64,000 nucleotides of DNA from the NCBI GenBank assembly GCA_036394995.1, contig DASWED010000089.1, positions 2,042 to 66,041 on the forward strand. Direction: 5' to 3'. This document shows, piece after piece, positions 63,932-64,000 of the stretch (position 1 is the first letter of the stretch; every line of letters starts with the position of its first letter). The translations under genes were made by a program, and so were the position numbers. This DNA comes from Actinomycetota bacterium. Its GTDB lineage: Bacteria; Actinomycetota; UBA4738; JACQTL01. A model generated the notes under the pieces. That model worked only from the letters and a program-made list of their open reading frames with translations. It ran no database searches and was not told the DNA's origin.

Positions 63932-64000
63932 ATGAACGAACGGAAGAAGGCACGAGCAGCGAGGGTGGCGCGGGCGGCGGTCGCCATGGCCGCGATCGCG
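63932..64000 (+). CDS. 5' fragment of an unknown ORF downstream of the RT (basic, then hydrophobic N-terminus), truncated by window end
   Basis: ATG 63932 follows GAGGGGGAGAG. MNERKKARAARVARAAVAMAAIA... resembles a signal peptide or membrane anchor. Only 23 codons are visible. Confidence 0.4.
   Translation, partial: MNERKKARAARVARAAVAMAAIA

Noticed and set aside
1-64000. Search for mobile elements, prophage genes, toxin-antitoxin pairs, restriction-modification or Cas genes, tRNA and rRNA
   Set aside because: None was recognised in any frame. Apart from the reverse transcriptase at 62.7-63.8 kb, the content reads as conserved chromosomal housekeeping and accessory genes. A proper HMM/cmscan pass is still needed to exclude small or divergent elements.

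Overview
This is a very GC-rich, densely coding chromosomal segment of Actinomycetota type. I recognised no rRNA, tRNA, CRISPR array, transposase, integrase or phage gene. All family calls come from reading the six-frame translations and recalling motifs; no database search was run.

The backbone is a complete Pup-proteasome locus: arc/mpa, dop, pup, prcB, prcA, pafA, pafB, pafC, tatA, tatC, helY. It is preceded by trmI, as in mycobacteria. Extra genes interrupt the canonical order:
- an opposite-strand lipoprotein
- a P450
- a frame-broken RTX-like gene
- Lrp, a small membrane protein, an EamA transporter and DUF3866
- a zinc-ribbon protein and a coiled-coil membrane protein

Directly upstream of trmI sits a Thermus-type ttuB-ttuA pair (ubiquitin-like sulfur carrier plus tRNA 2-thiolation enzyme).

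Other recognisable content:
- Transport: a LIV-type ABC transporter.
- Secreted proteins: an HExxH metalloprotease, a beta-helix protein and a BNR/Asp-box protein.
- Central and general enzymes: a transketolase-like enzyme, sthA, an ATP-dependent DNA ligase, cysS, an M24 peptidase, an LLM oxidoreductase, two acyl-CoA dehydrogenases and two DAG-kinase-family kinases.
- Proteolysis and stress: clpS-DUF2017-DUF3054, cspA and htrA.
- Regulation: mtrA-mtrB with a short LpqB-like lipoprotein.

The most interesting item is at the right edge (62.1-64.0 kb). It is a stand-alone reverse transcriptase with all palm motifs but a WVDD catalytic box. It is divergent from an apparently leaderless Lrp regulator and is followed by an ORF cut by the window end. 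I cannot assign it to a named RT class from sequence alone.

Secondary observations:
- TtuB carries residues after its Gly-Gly.
- Pup ends in GGE.
- The clpS stop codon is in frame with a DUF2017 gene that lacks a canonical start.
- Several genes show an apparently leaderless architecture.
- Three genes have apparent 5' frame breaks.
- An RGG-tailed protein lies next to cspA, and a glycine-rich secreted protein has a long leader.

Many long ORFs in the supplied track are antisense or off-frame artefacts of the high GC content and were rejected.
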